Below are positions 49,476 through 59,762 of a stretch of 64,000 bases of DNA, piece after piece; position 1 is the stretch's first letter; each line of letters opens with the position of its first letter. The stretch is from Kofleriaceae bacterium (GTDB taxonomy: Bacteria > Myxococcota_A > Polyangia > Haliangiales > Haliangiaceae). Position numbers and translations under genes: made by a program. Under the pieces are notes generated by a model, which did not search any database, had not been told where the DNA came from, and saw only the letters and a program-made list of their open reading frames with translations. Location: assembly GCA_965215005.1 (NCBI GenBank), contig CBDCCZ010000003.1, positions 32,001-96,000 of the forward strand, written 5' to 3'.

Positions 49476-50519
49476 ATGCACCCTACTCAATCGCTTCGCT
49501 TTTTAGCGCTGGCCTTGGCCGGCGTAGGCAGCTCCGTCGGCTGTGCCGAACCGCTCTCGAACGACGCCACTGCTCTGGCGGCAACCGCCGATAGCGAGTC
49601 CGGCGCCGGCTCGATCACGTTCGCGGTACCGCGCCGCACCCGCGTCCAATTCGCAACGCTTCCGGCCGGACCGATCAACATCGAGCTCGAGCTCCGGTCC
49701 AGCACCGATCTCGATCTGCAAGTATTCGACGGCCAAACCCCCGTGGTCCAGTGGCCTGCCGGTGTGCTTGCCGGCGAGACCGGCGCCGCGGTGGAATACG
49801 ACGGCGCACTCATCACCTATAGCGGGTACGGCGGCGACGGCAGCGGCACCGGCAACGAACGGCTCCACATCGGCGGCAACCTCGCCAGTCCCCTCACCGT
49901 CCACGTATTCGGCTATTCCGCCGGCGTTGCGACCGTGAATTACGAGTTTGGCCAGAGCGGCGTTGGCGCCAGCTGTGGCAGCCGCGGCCTGCCGCCGTGC
50001 GCGCCCAACCTGGTGTGCAAGAACGGCGACGACGGAGCCATCGAGCGCGACGTGCCCGGCACCTGCCAAACCGAGACCTGGTGCGAGAGCGAAGCGAGCG
50101 CCGCCAGCGACTGTGAAGGCCTCGTCCATGTCGCCGTGCCGGGCCGCTGGGGCTGCGAATCCTTCGAGTGCGTATGGCGCACCGATGAGGACGCCGCCCC
50201 GCCGCAGGCGTGCTCGCTCTATGGCGATGCATGCGCCGCCGGAAGCGTTTGCGACTACGAATGCCCCACCGCCACCAACTGCGGCATCAATCCGCAGGGC
50301 ACCTGCCGCCTCGAGTGCACCTCGGCCGTCGACTGTGACGCCGGCCAATACTGCACCACCACCGGCGTGTGCCGCGCCGATAGCACCTGCGGAACGCCAG
50401 CCGACTGCACCCAGCCCGACAACGACTGGGACTCTGGCGCCTGCATCGCCACCCGCCGTTGGGTGCCGACCTGCGAAGCCCAGAGCTGCGGCTTCGGCTG
50501 CGCTCCGCTCGAGCCGTAA
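49476..50519 (+). CDS. Lipoprotein with a PPC-like beta-sandwich and Cys-rich C-terminal repeats
   Basis: Lipobox SVGC; DLDLQV...GNERL; >20 Cys in the C-terminal half. Confidence 0.78.
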   Translation: MHPTQSLRFLALALAGVGSSVGCAEPLSNDATALAATADSESGAGSITFAVPRRTRVQFATLPAGPINIELELRSSTDLDLQVFDGQTPVVQWPAGVLAGETGAAVEYDGALITYSGYGGDGSGTGNERLHIGGNLASPLTVHVFGYSAGVATVNYEFGQSGVGASCGSRGLPPCAPNLVCKNGDDGAIERDVPGTCQTETWCESEASAASDCEGLVHVAVPGRWGCESFECVWRTDEDAAPPQACSLYGDACAAGSVCDYECPTATNCGINPQGTCRLECTSAVDCDAGQYCTTTGVCRADSTCGTPADCTQPDNDWDSGACIATRRWVPTCEAQSCGFGCAPLEP

Positions 50520-50647
50520 GCGCGATCGAACCAGACGGCGGTGACCTCGGCATCGCCGCGCCGCGCTCCCGATCAGCCGCGGACCGCGATTCGGGAGCGC
50601 GCTCGCTTCCACTCGAATTTGGTGGGTGTTACAGTGAGTTAGCGCTC

Positions 50648-53600
50648 ATGTCGATGCGCGATACCCTCACGCCGAGCAACCCCCGAACAACCGACGTGCT
50701 GAGCGCGCAACTGGAAGCGTTTCGCAGGAACCCGACCGACGGAGCGCTGTTTCACGAGCTTCGGGCGGAGCTGCGCAAGAGCGGCCAAGCAGAACCGCTT
50801 GCCGATATCGGCGAGCTTCACGCGCCGCACGAGCGCGATCGGCTGCGCGCCGCCGAAATCTGGAGCGAGGCCGGCGAAGCGCGGCTGGTGCTCGGTCACG
50901 AGCAACAGGGCGAAGCGGATTTGCGCCGGGCTCTCGAGCTCGACCCGGCGAACGAACGCGCGGCGGCACGCCTCACCGAGCTGCTACTGACCGCGGAGCG
51001 ATTCGCAGAGGCTGCCGAGGTTCTCGAGGTCGAAATCGAGGAGCTCGAGCGCCGCGCTGGCGCCTCAAGCGACAGCGCCTCACTCAACGCTCGACGCGGC
51101 CAGCGCCATCGCACGCTGGCGCAGCTTTGGGACGAACGACTTGGCCGCGTTGACTTGGCCCTGCAACACTGGCAGTGCGCCTGGCAGCTCGACCCCGAAT
51201 GCGGCGACGCACTCGAAGCCGCGCGCAACATTTATACGTCGCTGGGCGACGACGCCATGGTGGCCCGGCTTTACGAAGCCGAAATTGCCGCCTTGGCAGC
51301 CGATGCGCCGGCCGAGCGCCGGGCCCGCCTCGAGCACCAGCTCGGGCGAATCTTGCACCGCCAAGGACGAGCAGCGGACGCCGCTGAGCGCCTCGAGCGC
51401 GCGCTCGAGCTCGCGCCGCGCTCCCCACAAATTCGCGAGGCCCTCGCCGAGGTCTATGCCTCCAATGAGCTCGTTGGCGACGAGCAGCATCAGCACCGCG
51501 CTAGCGAGCTGTTCGTCGAGCTCGGCCGGCATCGCCTCAGCACCCAACAAGGCGAGGCCGCGATCGTCTATCTGCGGCGCGCGCTGGGCGTCGATCCATA
51601 TTCGCAAGAAGGCAGCGCCGCGCTCGAAGGAGCGCTTGCCGCCGAAGAGCGCTGGGACGAGCTCGAGCGGCTGTATCGCCACCGCTCGAGTCTCGCCGCG
51701 GATCCTGGTGAGCGGCGCGCCATCACCCACAAGCGCGCCGAGCTCTATGAACGCCAGCTCGGCGATCGCGATGCTCTCAAGACGGCGCTTGCTGAGCTCG
51801 TCGCCGAAGAGGCGCCCGGCGGCGACAGCGCGGCGCGGCTGCGCGATTTGTACCGGCAGGACCAGGACTGGGCGCTGCTCGCCGGCCTCATCGAGCGCGA
51901 GCTGCCGGCCGTCGAGCACGATCGCGCGCGGTTGTGCGCCGAGCTTTTAGAGCTCGCGACCATCGCACGCGAGCATTTGAGCGATCGCGATCGCGCCGCT
52001 GAGCTCTTGCACCGCGTGCTCACCATCGATTCACGCAACGCCGAGGCGCTGGCTCGCTACGGCGAGCACTTCCGCGAGCGCCGCGATTGGCGCGGTTTGG
52101 CCGACTTGCTCGAGTTCGCCCTCGACAATGCCCGCGAAGATGGCGCCACCGCGGAAGAGCTGGTGCGCCAGCTCGAAGACCTCGCCAAGCTCGCTGAGCT
52201 GCGGCTCGGCGACGTCGAGCGAGCCATCAACGCCTGGCGTCGCATTCAGGAACTCGAGCCCGACAACCGTAAAGCGGGCGAAGCGCTGCGGCGGCTGATG
52301 TCGCAGGCAAAGATGTACGAGTCGCTCGTGGGAATGCTCGAGGGCGAAGCAGAGCGCGCGCAGAGTCCCGTCGAGCGCGCCGAAGCGCTGCGCCGCATCG
52401 CTCAGGTGTATCGCGAGCGGCAGGTCAATCCGCGCCGCGCCATCGCGCTGTATGAAGAGGTTCTAGGGCTGTTTCCCCGCGATGAGGCGGTGCTCAAAGC
52501 GCTTTCTGAGCTCTATGAGCGCGAAGGCGATGACGCGGGTCTGGCGCACACGCTGCGCCGGCAGCTCGATCTCGACCTCGAGAAGATGCAAGCCGAGGTC
52601 GACGGCACGCGCGCGATGACGGCTCGCGATTGGCCGGTTGCCAAGCGTTCCCAGCGGCTCACCGCGCTGCGCCGGCTGGCTTCGATGTACGAAGATCGCC
52701 TCGATGACCCCGAAGGCGTGGTGTATGCGTGCACCGGCATCCTCGAGCTCATGCCCGGCGATCGCGATGCGCTCGATCGCATGGAGCGCGTTCTCGACAA
52801 AGCCGGCGATGCCGAGCGTCTCGAGCAGACGCTGGAATATCACGCCTCGTCGGCAACCGGTCCCGCTGAACGCGCCAAAGTCCTTCGCCGCCTAGCGCGG
52901 CTCGCTGCCGATCAGGGCGATGAGGTCAAGGCGATGGAGCGCTGGGAAACCACGCTCAAGGCGGCACCGAGTGATGCGGAGGCGCTGGAAGCGCTGGGCG
53001 CACTTTACGAAGCCCATCAGCGGTGGGGGGAGCTGGCAACCGTGCTCGAGCGCCAGCACGCTTCGCAGAAGCTGCCCACCCCCGGCTCGGCCGCTGCGGC
53101 GCTCGCCGCGGTCGAGCTCAAGCGTTACGCCCACGTGGTGGATGCCGAGCTCGGTGATACCCCGCGGGCGCTGCGCGCGTGGCAGCGAGTGCTCGAGGTT
53201 CAGCCGCGAGACCGGCAAGCACTCGATGCCCTCACGCGGCTCTACGAAACCGCCGGTCGGTGGCGCGACTTAGCCGAAATTCTGGCCACGCAAGCGCCGC
53301 TCTATGTCGACGATGAGCCGCAAAAGGCAGCGGCGGTGGGCCTGCGGCGAGCACGCCTTCTCGAGGAGCGCCTGGGCGCCCCCGCCGAAGCCGCCAAGGC
53401 GCTCGAAGCACTGCTCAGCGACCTCGACCCGGCGAACCTCGATGCTCACAAGGCGCTGCGCCGCCTCTATGAAGCACGCGGCGACTTCGACGCGGCGGTG
53501 CGGATCGCCGAGCGCGAGATGTATCTTGCGACCGAGCCCAGCGAGAAGATCGCTCGTGGGCTGGAAATCGGGCTTCTGTGCCGCGATCGCCTCAGCGACC

Positions 53601-56600
53601 CGAAGCGGGCTCTGCAGGCGTTCGAGCGCGTGCTCGAGCTGTCGGAGGGCCACGAAGAAGCCATCACCGCCGCCGCGGAGCTCTACGCGCGGGTCGGTGA
53701 CTGGGGCAAGCACATCGAGCTGCTCGAGCGTCGCATCGAGCGCCTCGACAGCCCGCGCGCTCGCCGCGGACTGATGTTGCGCATCGCCCAGGTAAGCGCG
53801 GAACGGCTCGAAGATCCCGAGGCCGCTTTCGGCTGGTATCGCGCCGCCCACGAAGCCGCACCCGATGCCACCACCATTGGCGAGCTGCGCCGAGCCGCCG
53901 AAGCCTTTGGCCTGTGGCGCGAGCTAGCGGAGGTGTATCGCGCGGAACGCGATCGCCTGCGCGAGGGCGAGCTCAGTCCGCAGAGCGAGGGCGCCTACGT
54001 TGCTGCCAGCCGCGAGCTCGCGGCGATCATCGAGCATCGGCTCGGCAACCGCGCCGATGCGATGACCGTGCTTCGACAAGCGCTCGAGGTGCGCCCCCTC
54101 GATGACGTGTTGCGCGCGGAGTGTGAGCGCATCGCGCTGGAAGCCGACGAGCCCGAGCTTTGGAAGGAGCTGCTGCAGTGTCTCGACGTGCCGCTCGCGA
54201 CCGCCGACGCGGCAACTCGGGTATCGCTGCATCGTCGTCGGGCGCGCATCCTCGAGGAGCGCCTCGCGGATGGCCAAGGCGCCATCGAAGAGCTGTTGCA
54301 CGCGTTCTCGTGGGCTCCAGAGCGCGATGAGACTCGCCTTGCGCTCTACGATCTGGCGGAGAACACCGGCAACTGGGCCGAGGTCGTCAGCGTCGAGTCT
54401 GCGTTGCTCTTGCGTGCTCCGACCACAGGTCGCCGAATCGAGGCGTTGCGGCGCCGAGCGCACGTGATTGAAGAGCATCTCGCCGACTCCGTGCGCGCGT
54501 TTCGCACCCATTTGGTCGCGTTCTTGCTCGCGCCGCAGGACAGCGAGACCGTGGCGCATCTGTGGCGGCTGGCGCGCCAAATTGACCGCTATCGCGAAGC
54601 CGACAAGACGCCGCGGCCGGAGCCCGCCCCCGCCTTCGTGCAGTCGCCCGCGGCAATCACGGCGATCAACCGCGCCGCCATGCGCCCCAGCAAGCGCCAC
54701 AGCCGCTTGGCGACGCAAGAGCTGAGCGTGGATGATCTGCTGCCGAACTCGATGCGACCACCTTCCGCTGACTTCGTCGATGACGATGCCGAGGATGCGG
54801 AATGGAGTCAGCGAAAGCTGGGAGTGGGCGACTCGACCATGCCCATCGACGTTGGCGACCTCGAGGATATCGTCGAGGTCGAGAGCGGCGCTCAGAAGCC
54901 GCATCGAGATGATCCAACGATCGAGCTGCGCACCGAAGATCTCATCGGGGCCCTGGGCGCGCGCCGCAGCTCCGGCCGTCCTGGCCTTCCCGGCCTCACG
55001 CCGCGCGACAACGCACCACCGCCGCCACCGAAGAAGGCGCTCAAGCGAGTCTCGCCACCGCCGGCGCCCGCACCGCTGCCCTTGCTACAAACGCTGCCTG
55101 TGCGCCCGTATCAGTCGCCGTGGGAAGAGCTGGCAACGGGTTACGAGCGTTTGCCCGCGAGCACCGCGGACGGCAAGCTGCGGTGGATCTTTCGCGCCGC
55201 CGAGGTGTGGGAAACCGGCGCCGGCGAAATCGGCCGCGCCTTCGATACCCTGTCGCTGGCGCTCGAGCTGTGTGAAGGCGATGACGCGGAGCCACGCGCG
55301 CGGTTGCATCGGCTCGCTGCCGCTCACGACGCCTGGGATCGGCTCGCCGCGCTCTACGAGAACGCCGCCGAGGAGGCCCGCACCGGCGAGGCAGCGGTGA
55401 ACTTGCTGATGGAGGTTGGCGAGATTCGCGCGCGGCAAGGCCGCGATGCCGAAACCGAGGCGACCTATCGCCGGATTCTCGGCATGCGCCCCGATGATGC
55501 CGTCGCGCGCGAGCGCCTCGAGGCCCTCTATCGACGCGCCGACCGCTGGGTAGATCTCGCCGCGTCGCTCGAAGAACGAACCGACCCTCGCTTGGGAACC
55601 GCGGCTCCCGAGCCGGAGCGTCCGGCGCTCCTGCGCGAGCTGGCGGCGATGTATCGCGATCGACTCGGCCGCCCGCACGATGCCATCGATGCACTCAATC
55701 GCCTGCGGCAGCTCGCCCCCGAGGACATCGAGCTGCTGCGCGAGTTGGCCGAGCTCTACGCCACCATCGGGCGCTGGAGCAAAGTCATCACCATGCTCGG
55801 ACGCATCGCCGAAATTGCCGACGGCGGCGAGGCAAAGAGCGCGCTGCGGCGCATCGCCGAGATTTACGAACGCGAGCTCGAGCTGCCAGATCGCGCAATC
55901 GAAGCGTACACGCAGCTGGTATCGTCTTGGCCCGACGATACCGACGCCTACGCCGCCCTCGATAGCCTCTATCAATCGCACGGCCGCTGGCACGAGCTTT
56001 CAGAGATCCTCCGGCGGCGTGCTGGACTGGCGCGTGATCCGCAAGAGCGTTCACGGCTGCTGCGACGCCGCGCTCAGGTGTTGCTCGAGTGGCTCGATGC
56101 GCCGGAGGAAGCGGCGGCGGCACTGCGCCACGCTCGCACCATCACGCCCGATGACGTGGAGCTCGCGGGAGAGCTGGTCGCGGCGCTCATCGCTGCGCAC
56201 CGCGAGCGGGAAGCAGCGGCGGTGCTCGAGGCCCGCATCGCCAGCTTGGACGATAGCGGCGGGCGCGGCGACAAGGCAGCCCTGCTGATTCGGCTCGCCA
56301 ACCTGCGCGCCGAGCATCTCGCCGATGCCGATGGTGCGCGGCGTGCGCTGGAGCAAGCGCTCGAGGAAGTTCCCGAGCATCCCACCGCGCTCACGACGTT
56401 GGCGCGCCTGGCCGAGAATCAAGAAGATCCGCGCGCCTTTGCCGAGGCCAAGTTGCGCGAAGCCGATGCCCTCACCGATGTCGATGCCCGCGTCGAAGCG
56501 CTCATGGCAGCCGGCATCGCGCTGCGCGACCGGGTCGCCGATGCCGACGCTGCGCGTGCTGCGTTCGCCAAAGTGATCGAGCTGCGCCCGTATCACTCGC

Positions 56601-59029
56601 GCGCCACCTGGGCGCTAGCGGGATTGGTCGAGCAAGGCGGTGACCTCGAGACCGCGACGCGGCTGCTCGAAGCGCGCCTTGAGGATCCAGCCGTCGAGGC
56701 GGAGGAGCGCGCGCTCATTCTCACCCAACTCGCAGCACTGGCGCGTCATGCTGGGGTTGCCGCGGTTGCCGAACGCCGCCTCGATGAGGCGCTCGCGGTA
56801 GCTCCTAGCCATCTTCCCGCGGTGCTTGCGCTGAGCGACATGCTCACCGAGGCCGGGCGCCAGAGCGATCTCGAGGAGTTTTTGCTCGAGACCATTCCCA
56901 AGCTCGAAGACGCGCCGCCGGCGGCGCTCGCTGAGCTCCATCGCCGGCTCGCGGCGGTCTACGAAACGCTTGGCCGCAGCGACGACGCCTATCAAACGCT
57001 GCTCAGTGCCGATCGGCTGCACCGCAACCACCTTCTCGTCAAGCTCGCGCTCGGCGAGAACCGCTATCGCGCGCGACGCTGGCGCGAAGCAGCGCTGCAT
57101 CTCGCAACGCTTGCCGACCATCCCGATGCCGGCAAGTTTCCCGCCGAGGTCGCCGAAGGCCTTTACCACGCCGCTCTCGCCGAAATTCGCTCGCTGCGGC
57201 CGGAGAAGGCGGGTGCTCTCTACGAGCGCGCGGTCGAGCTCAAGCCAAACTACACCCCCGCGTTACACGCTCTGGCCGAGCAGGCGATGGAGCGCGGCGA
57301 TCATCGTCGCGCCGCCGATTTGTTGACCCGCCAAGCCACCGCTACCGACGAGCCGGGCGAGCGCATGCGCCTGTTCGAAGCGCTTGGTGATATGGCGCTG
57401 ATGACCTTGCACGATGAGGATCGCGCTCGAGTCTGCTTCGAGGCAGCCGTGCAAGCGGCATCTCCGCTCGAGTCGCAGCATCTGCCACTGCTGGAGAAGC
57501 TTCTCGAGCGGCAAGACCTCGCGGGCGATCATGCCGGCGCCGCGCGCACCGCTGAGCTCATGGCTTCGTTTGGCAGCGATGAAAGCGCCCGCGCCGCTCG
57601 CTATACCGCGGCGGCCGAGAGTTACGCCGCCGCCGGCGATAGCACGCGCGCGCGCCTCGCCGCCGAGCGCGCCGTGGAAGCCCATCCCTACGACCTCACG
57701 GCGGTCACCGTGCTCGCAAATCTGCTCCTGGAAGAAGCCGACCACGAAGCCGCCGCGGCGATCCTCGGTCGCGCGCTCTCCGGCTCCGATGACGCCGATG
57801 ACGAGCTGACCCGGGCACGCAAAGCCCAGCTGTGGGTCCGCTTAGGGCAAGCACGGCTGGAGCGCGGCGACGTCGGCGGCGCCAGCTCGGCACTGGAGAA
57901 GGCCGTATTTCTGGCCCCGGACTCCGACGGCGCCATGCAAGCCCGACGACATCTAGTCGAGGTGTGGAAAGACGAGCCCAAGCGAGCCGAGGCAGTCATC
58001 GACTATCGCCGGGAGCTCGCGGCCGACAGTCTCGAGCTCGCAGATGTGCTCGCCTATGCTCGCATGCTTCGTCGGGCCGGCCACGGCGACGGCGGCCGCG
58101 CCATGCTCGAGGTCGCCACCACGCTCGGCCACACCCTCGATGTACACGACAGCGCGTTCTTGGCCGATCATCCCGCCGCGCATCTCGCCGAAGACGAAGC
58201 CTATCGCGGCACCCTCGATGAGGAGCTTCGCGCGGCCCTCATCGCCGACCGCGATGAGCAGCCACTCGGCGAGCTCCTAGCAATGCTATGGCAAGCGGCG
58301 CCGCTGCTTTGGACCGAGGCCGAGGAAGCACTCGAGCGCTGCGGCGTGGTCGGCGCCACCCGCGTCACCGCCAAATCCGCGGCGCCGGCGATCAACATCT
58401 TTCCGCGCGTGGCCGCCGCACTCGGACTTGGCGCGACGTTGCTCTATCACACCGAGCTTCCCGACGCCCCGGACGTGCAAGTCGTCTGTGTCGCGCCTCC
58501 CATCATCGTGCTGGGGCCAAGACTCACGGCCGCCAGCGAGCGGCCTAGCGATGCACAGCTGCGGTTTCTTTTGGGGCGAGCCGCCGAAATGGCGCGACCC
58601 GAGCGCGTCATCGCCATGGGGCTTCCCGAAGAGGATTTCATCAACCTACTCGCATCGCTGGTTCGCTGCTTTGGCCCGCCCGGCCTTGCCGCCAGCATTG
58701 GCAGCGGCATCGACGACCGCGACGTCATGCGCGCGCACGACGCGCTGTTGCGCACCACGTTGCCGGTAAAGCTGCGCACGCGGCTCGAGCAGCTGCTCGC
58801 GCATCGTCGCGCCGGCGACCTCTCAGCCGAGCGTTTCTTCGCCGCCGCCGATCGCGCCGCCGATCGCGCCGGTCTCTTGGTGTGCGGCGATTTCGCCACC
58901 GCCACCGCTCACGCCGGCGCCACCAGCGCCGAGGGCCGACGACTGACGCGACATCTCGTCCAGACCGCTCTGTCTCGCGCCTACTTGCCAGCGCGCGCCC
59001 GCCTAGGAGTCGGCGTTCGCAGCGCCTAG
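50648..59029 (+). CDS. Giant tetratricopeptide-repeat protein (AgmK/GltI-like myxobacterial type)
   Basis: ~2790 aa of TPR-like repeats (ALxRLY...WxxL), central acidic/Pro-rich linker, C-terminal ADRAGLLVCGD domain; ATG 50648 preferred. Confidence 0.88.
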   Translation: MSMRDTLTPSNPRTTDVLSAQLEAFRRNPTDGALFHELRAELRKSGQAEPLADIGELHAPHERDRLRAAEIWSEAGEARLVLGHEQQGEADLRRALELDPANERAAARLTELLLTAERFAEAAEVLEVEIEELERRAGASSDSASLNARRGQRHRTLAQLWDERLGRVDLALQHWQCAWQLDPECGDALEAARNIYTSLGDDAMVARLYEAEIAALAADAPAERRARLEHQLGRILHRQGRAADAAERLERALELAPRSPQIREALAEVYASNELVGDEQHQHRASELFVELGRHRLSTQQGEAAIVYLRRALGVDPYSQEGSAALEGALAAEERWDELERLYRHRSSLAADPGERRAITHKRAELYERQLGDRDALKTALAELVAEEAPGGDSAARLRDLYRQDQDWALLAGLIERELPAVEHDRARLCAELLELATIAREHLSDRDRAAELLHRVLTIDSRNAEALARYGEHFRERRDWRGLADLLEFALDNAREDGATAEELVRQLEDLAKLAELRLGDVERAINAWRRIQELEPDNRKAGEALRRLMSQAKMYESLVGMLEGEAERAQSPVERAEALRRIAQVYRERQVNPRRAIALYEEVLGLFPRDEAVLKALSELYEREGDDAGLAHTLRRQLDLDLEKMQAEVDGTRAMTARDWPVAKRSQRLTALRRLASMYEDRLDDPEGVVYACTGILELMPGDRDALDRMERVLDKAGDAERLEQTLEYHASSATGPAERAKVLRRLARLAADQGDEVKAMERWETTLKAAPSDAEALEALGALYEAHQRWGELATVLERQHASQKLPTPGSAAAALAAVELKRYAHVVDAELGDTPRALRAWQRVLEVQPRDRQALDALTRLYETAGRWRDLAEILATQAPLYVDDEPQKAAAVGLRRARLLEERLGAPAEAAKALEALLSDLDPANLDAHKALRRLYEARGDFDAAVRIAEREMYLATEPSEKIARGLEIGLLCRDRLSDPKRALQAFERVLELSEGHEEAITAAAELYARVGDWGKHIELLERRIERLDSPRARRGLMLRIAQVSAERLEDPEAAFGWYRAAHEAAPDATTIGELRRAAEAFGLWRELAEVYRAERDRLREGELSPQSEGAYVAASRELAAIIEHRLGNRADAMTVLRQALEVRPLDDVLRAECERIALEADEPELWKELLQCLDVPLATADAATRVSLHRRRARILEERLADGQGAIEELLHAFSWAPERDETRLALYDLAENTGNWAEVVSVESALLLRAPTTGRRIEALRRRAHVIEEHLADSVRAFRTHLVAFLLAPQDSETVAHLWRLARQIDRYREADKTPRPEPAPAFVQSPAAITAINRAAMRPSKRHSRLATQELSVDDLLPNSMRPPSADFVDDDAEDAEWSQRKLGVGDSTMPIDVGDLEDIVEVESGAQKPHRDDPTIELRTEDLIGALGARRSSGRPGLPGLTPRDNAPPPPPKKALKRVSPPPAPAPLPLLQTLPVRPYQSPWEELATGYERLPASTADGKLRWIFRAAEVWETGAGEIGRAFDTLSLALELCEGDDAEPRARLHRLAAAHDAWDRLAALYENAAEEARTGEAAVNLLMEVGEIRARQGRDAETEATYRRILGMRPDDAVARERLEALYRRADRWVDLAASLEERTDPRLGTAAPEPERPALLRELAAMYRDRLGRPHDAIDALNRLRQLAPEDIELLRELAELYATIGRWSKVITMLGRIAEIADGGEAKSALRRIAEIYERELELPDRAIEAYTQLVSSWPDDTDAYAALDSLYQSHGRWHELSEILRRRAGLARDPQERSRLLRRRAQVLLEWLDAPEEAAAALRHARTITPDDVELAGELVAALIAAHREREAAAVLEARIASLDDSGGRGDKAALLIRLANLRAEHLADADGARRALEQALEEVPEHPTALTTLARLAENQEDPRAFAEAKLREADALTDVDARVEALMAAGIALRDRVADADAARAAFAKVIELRPYHSRATWALAGLVEQGGDLETATRLLEARLEDPAVEAEERALILTQLAALARHAGVAAVAERRLDEALAVAPSHLPAVLALSDMLTEAGRQSDLEEFLLETIPKLEDAPPAALAELHRRLAAVYETLGRSDDAYQTLLSADRLHRNHLLVKLALGENRYRARRWREAALHLATLADHPDAGKFPAEVAEGLYHAALAEIRSLRPEKAGALYERAVELKPNYTPALHALAEQAMERGDHRRAADLLTRQATATDEPGERMRLFEALGDMALMTLHDEDRARVCFEAAVQAASPLESQHLPLLEKLLERQDLAGDHAGAARTAELMASFGSDESARAARYTAAAESYAAAGDSTRARLAAERAVEAHPYDLTAVTVLANLLLEEADHEAAAAILGRALSGSDDADDELTRARKAQLWVRLGQARLERGDVGGASSALEKAVFLAPDSDGAMQARRHLVEVWKDEPKRAEAVIDYRRELAADSLELADVLAYARMLRRAGHGDGGRAMLEVATTLGHTLDVHDSAFLADHPAAHLAEDEAYRGTLDEELRAALIADRDEQPLGELLAMLWQAAPLLWTEAEEALERCGVVGATRVTAKSAAPAINIFPRVAAALGLGATLLYHTELPDAPDVQVVCVAPPIIVLGPRLTAASERPSDAQLRFLLGRAAEMARPERVIAMGLPEEDFINLLASLVRCFGPPGLAASIGSGIDDRDVMRAHDALLRTTLPVKLRTRLEQLLAHRRAGDLSAERFFAAADRAADRAGLLVCGDFATATAHAGATSAEGRRLTRHLVQTALSRAYLPARARLGVGVRSA

Positions 59030-59078
59030 CGGTTCACGGCGGAAGTCGTAAATCGTTAGAAAAACAATAATCGCCTAG
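59026..59078 (-). repeat. Structured dispersed repeat, partial inverted copy 3
   Basis: Reverse complement CTAGGCGATTATTGTTTTTCTAACGATTTACGACTTCCGCCGTGAACCGCTAG matches the 3' third of copies 1 and 2; its CTAG overlaps the TAG stop of the TPR gene. Confidence 0.75.
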
Positions 59079-59079
59079 C

Positions 59080-59565
59080 TCACAGCCGTGCCCGCCGCCC
59101 GCTGTGCTGCTCGATTAGGCTGCGCAGGTACTTCGCCAGAGCGATCACCTCGCGGTCGTCATCGTCGTGGTGAACATACGTGACGTAGAGCTCGTGCTCG
59201 TCTTCGCCGGGTACACGCAGCCGCAACACCACTCCGCCCTCGTCGTCATCGAGCGCGCCTTCGTCCCGCGTGGGTACATCGACGAGATCGACCAGCTGCC
59301 ATAGCCGTTTGATTTCGCGCTCGGTGAGCCGGTAGGTGCCGAGGTCTTCGAAGCGTTGGCCGCTCGAATAGGCAACCCACATCGAGTTGCCGCGGAGTCG
59401 GATCGTCCATTCGCTCTTGGGCTTGATGCTCACGAAGTCGAAGGAGTGCCCGTTGACCTCGCCTCGCGGCTGCTCCGCCGGCGCCACTGGCTGGGCGCCG
59501 CAACCGGAGCTCGCGATTATTAAGATCGTCATCAGCAGCGCCCGCACGCATCCATCATGAAGCAA
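59080..59565 (-). CDS. Hypothetical lipoprotein
   Basis: Lipobox-like SSGC after a hydrophobic stretch; start uncertain. Confidence 0.7.
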   Translation of the reverse strand: MLHDGCVRALLMTILIIASSGCGAQPVAPAEQPRGEVNGHSFDFVSIKPKSEWTIRLRGNSMWVAYSSGQRFEDLGTYRLTEREIKRLWQLVDLVDVPTRDEGALDDDEGGVVLRLRVPGEDEHELYVTYVHHDDDDREVIALAKYLRSLIEQHSGRRARL

Positions 59566-59762
59566 AACGCGGGCCCTAGGAAAGGCCCACCGAAGCGCCG
59601 CGCGCCGCTCCTTACCCGGGGCCGTGCGCCCCAGTTGTCGGCGTTGCTAAACATGTAGGTGACAGGCCCAGAGTTGCCCGCAAGGCGGCAAAGATTGGCG
59701 TTGTGCCGGCGGCCGCGGGTCAACATCGAGGCACCCGGCTTCCGCGCTGCTATGGTCGCGCC

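Noticed and set aside
59569..59660. Hairpins and a 15-nt match (AAAGGCCCACCGAAG) to the 34996 terminator
   Set aside because: Short match with no complete stem or recognisable RNA family; may be chance
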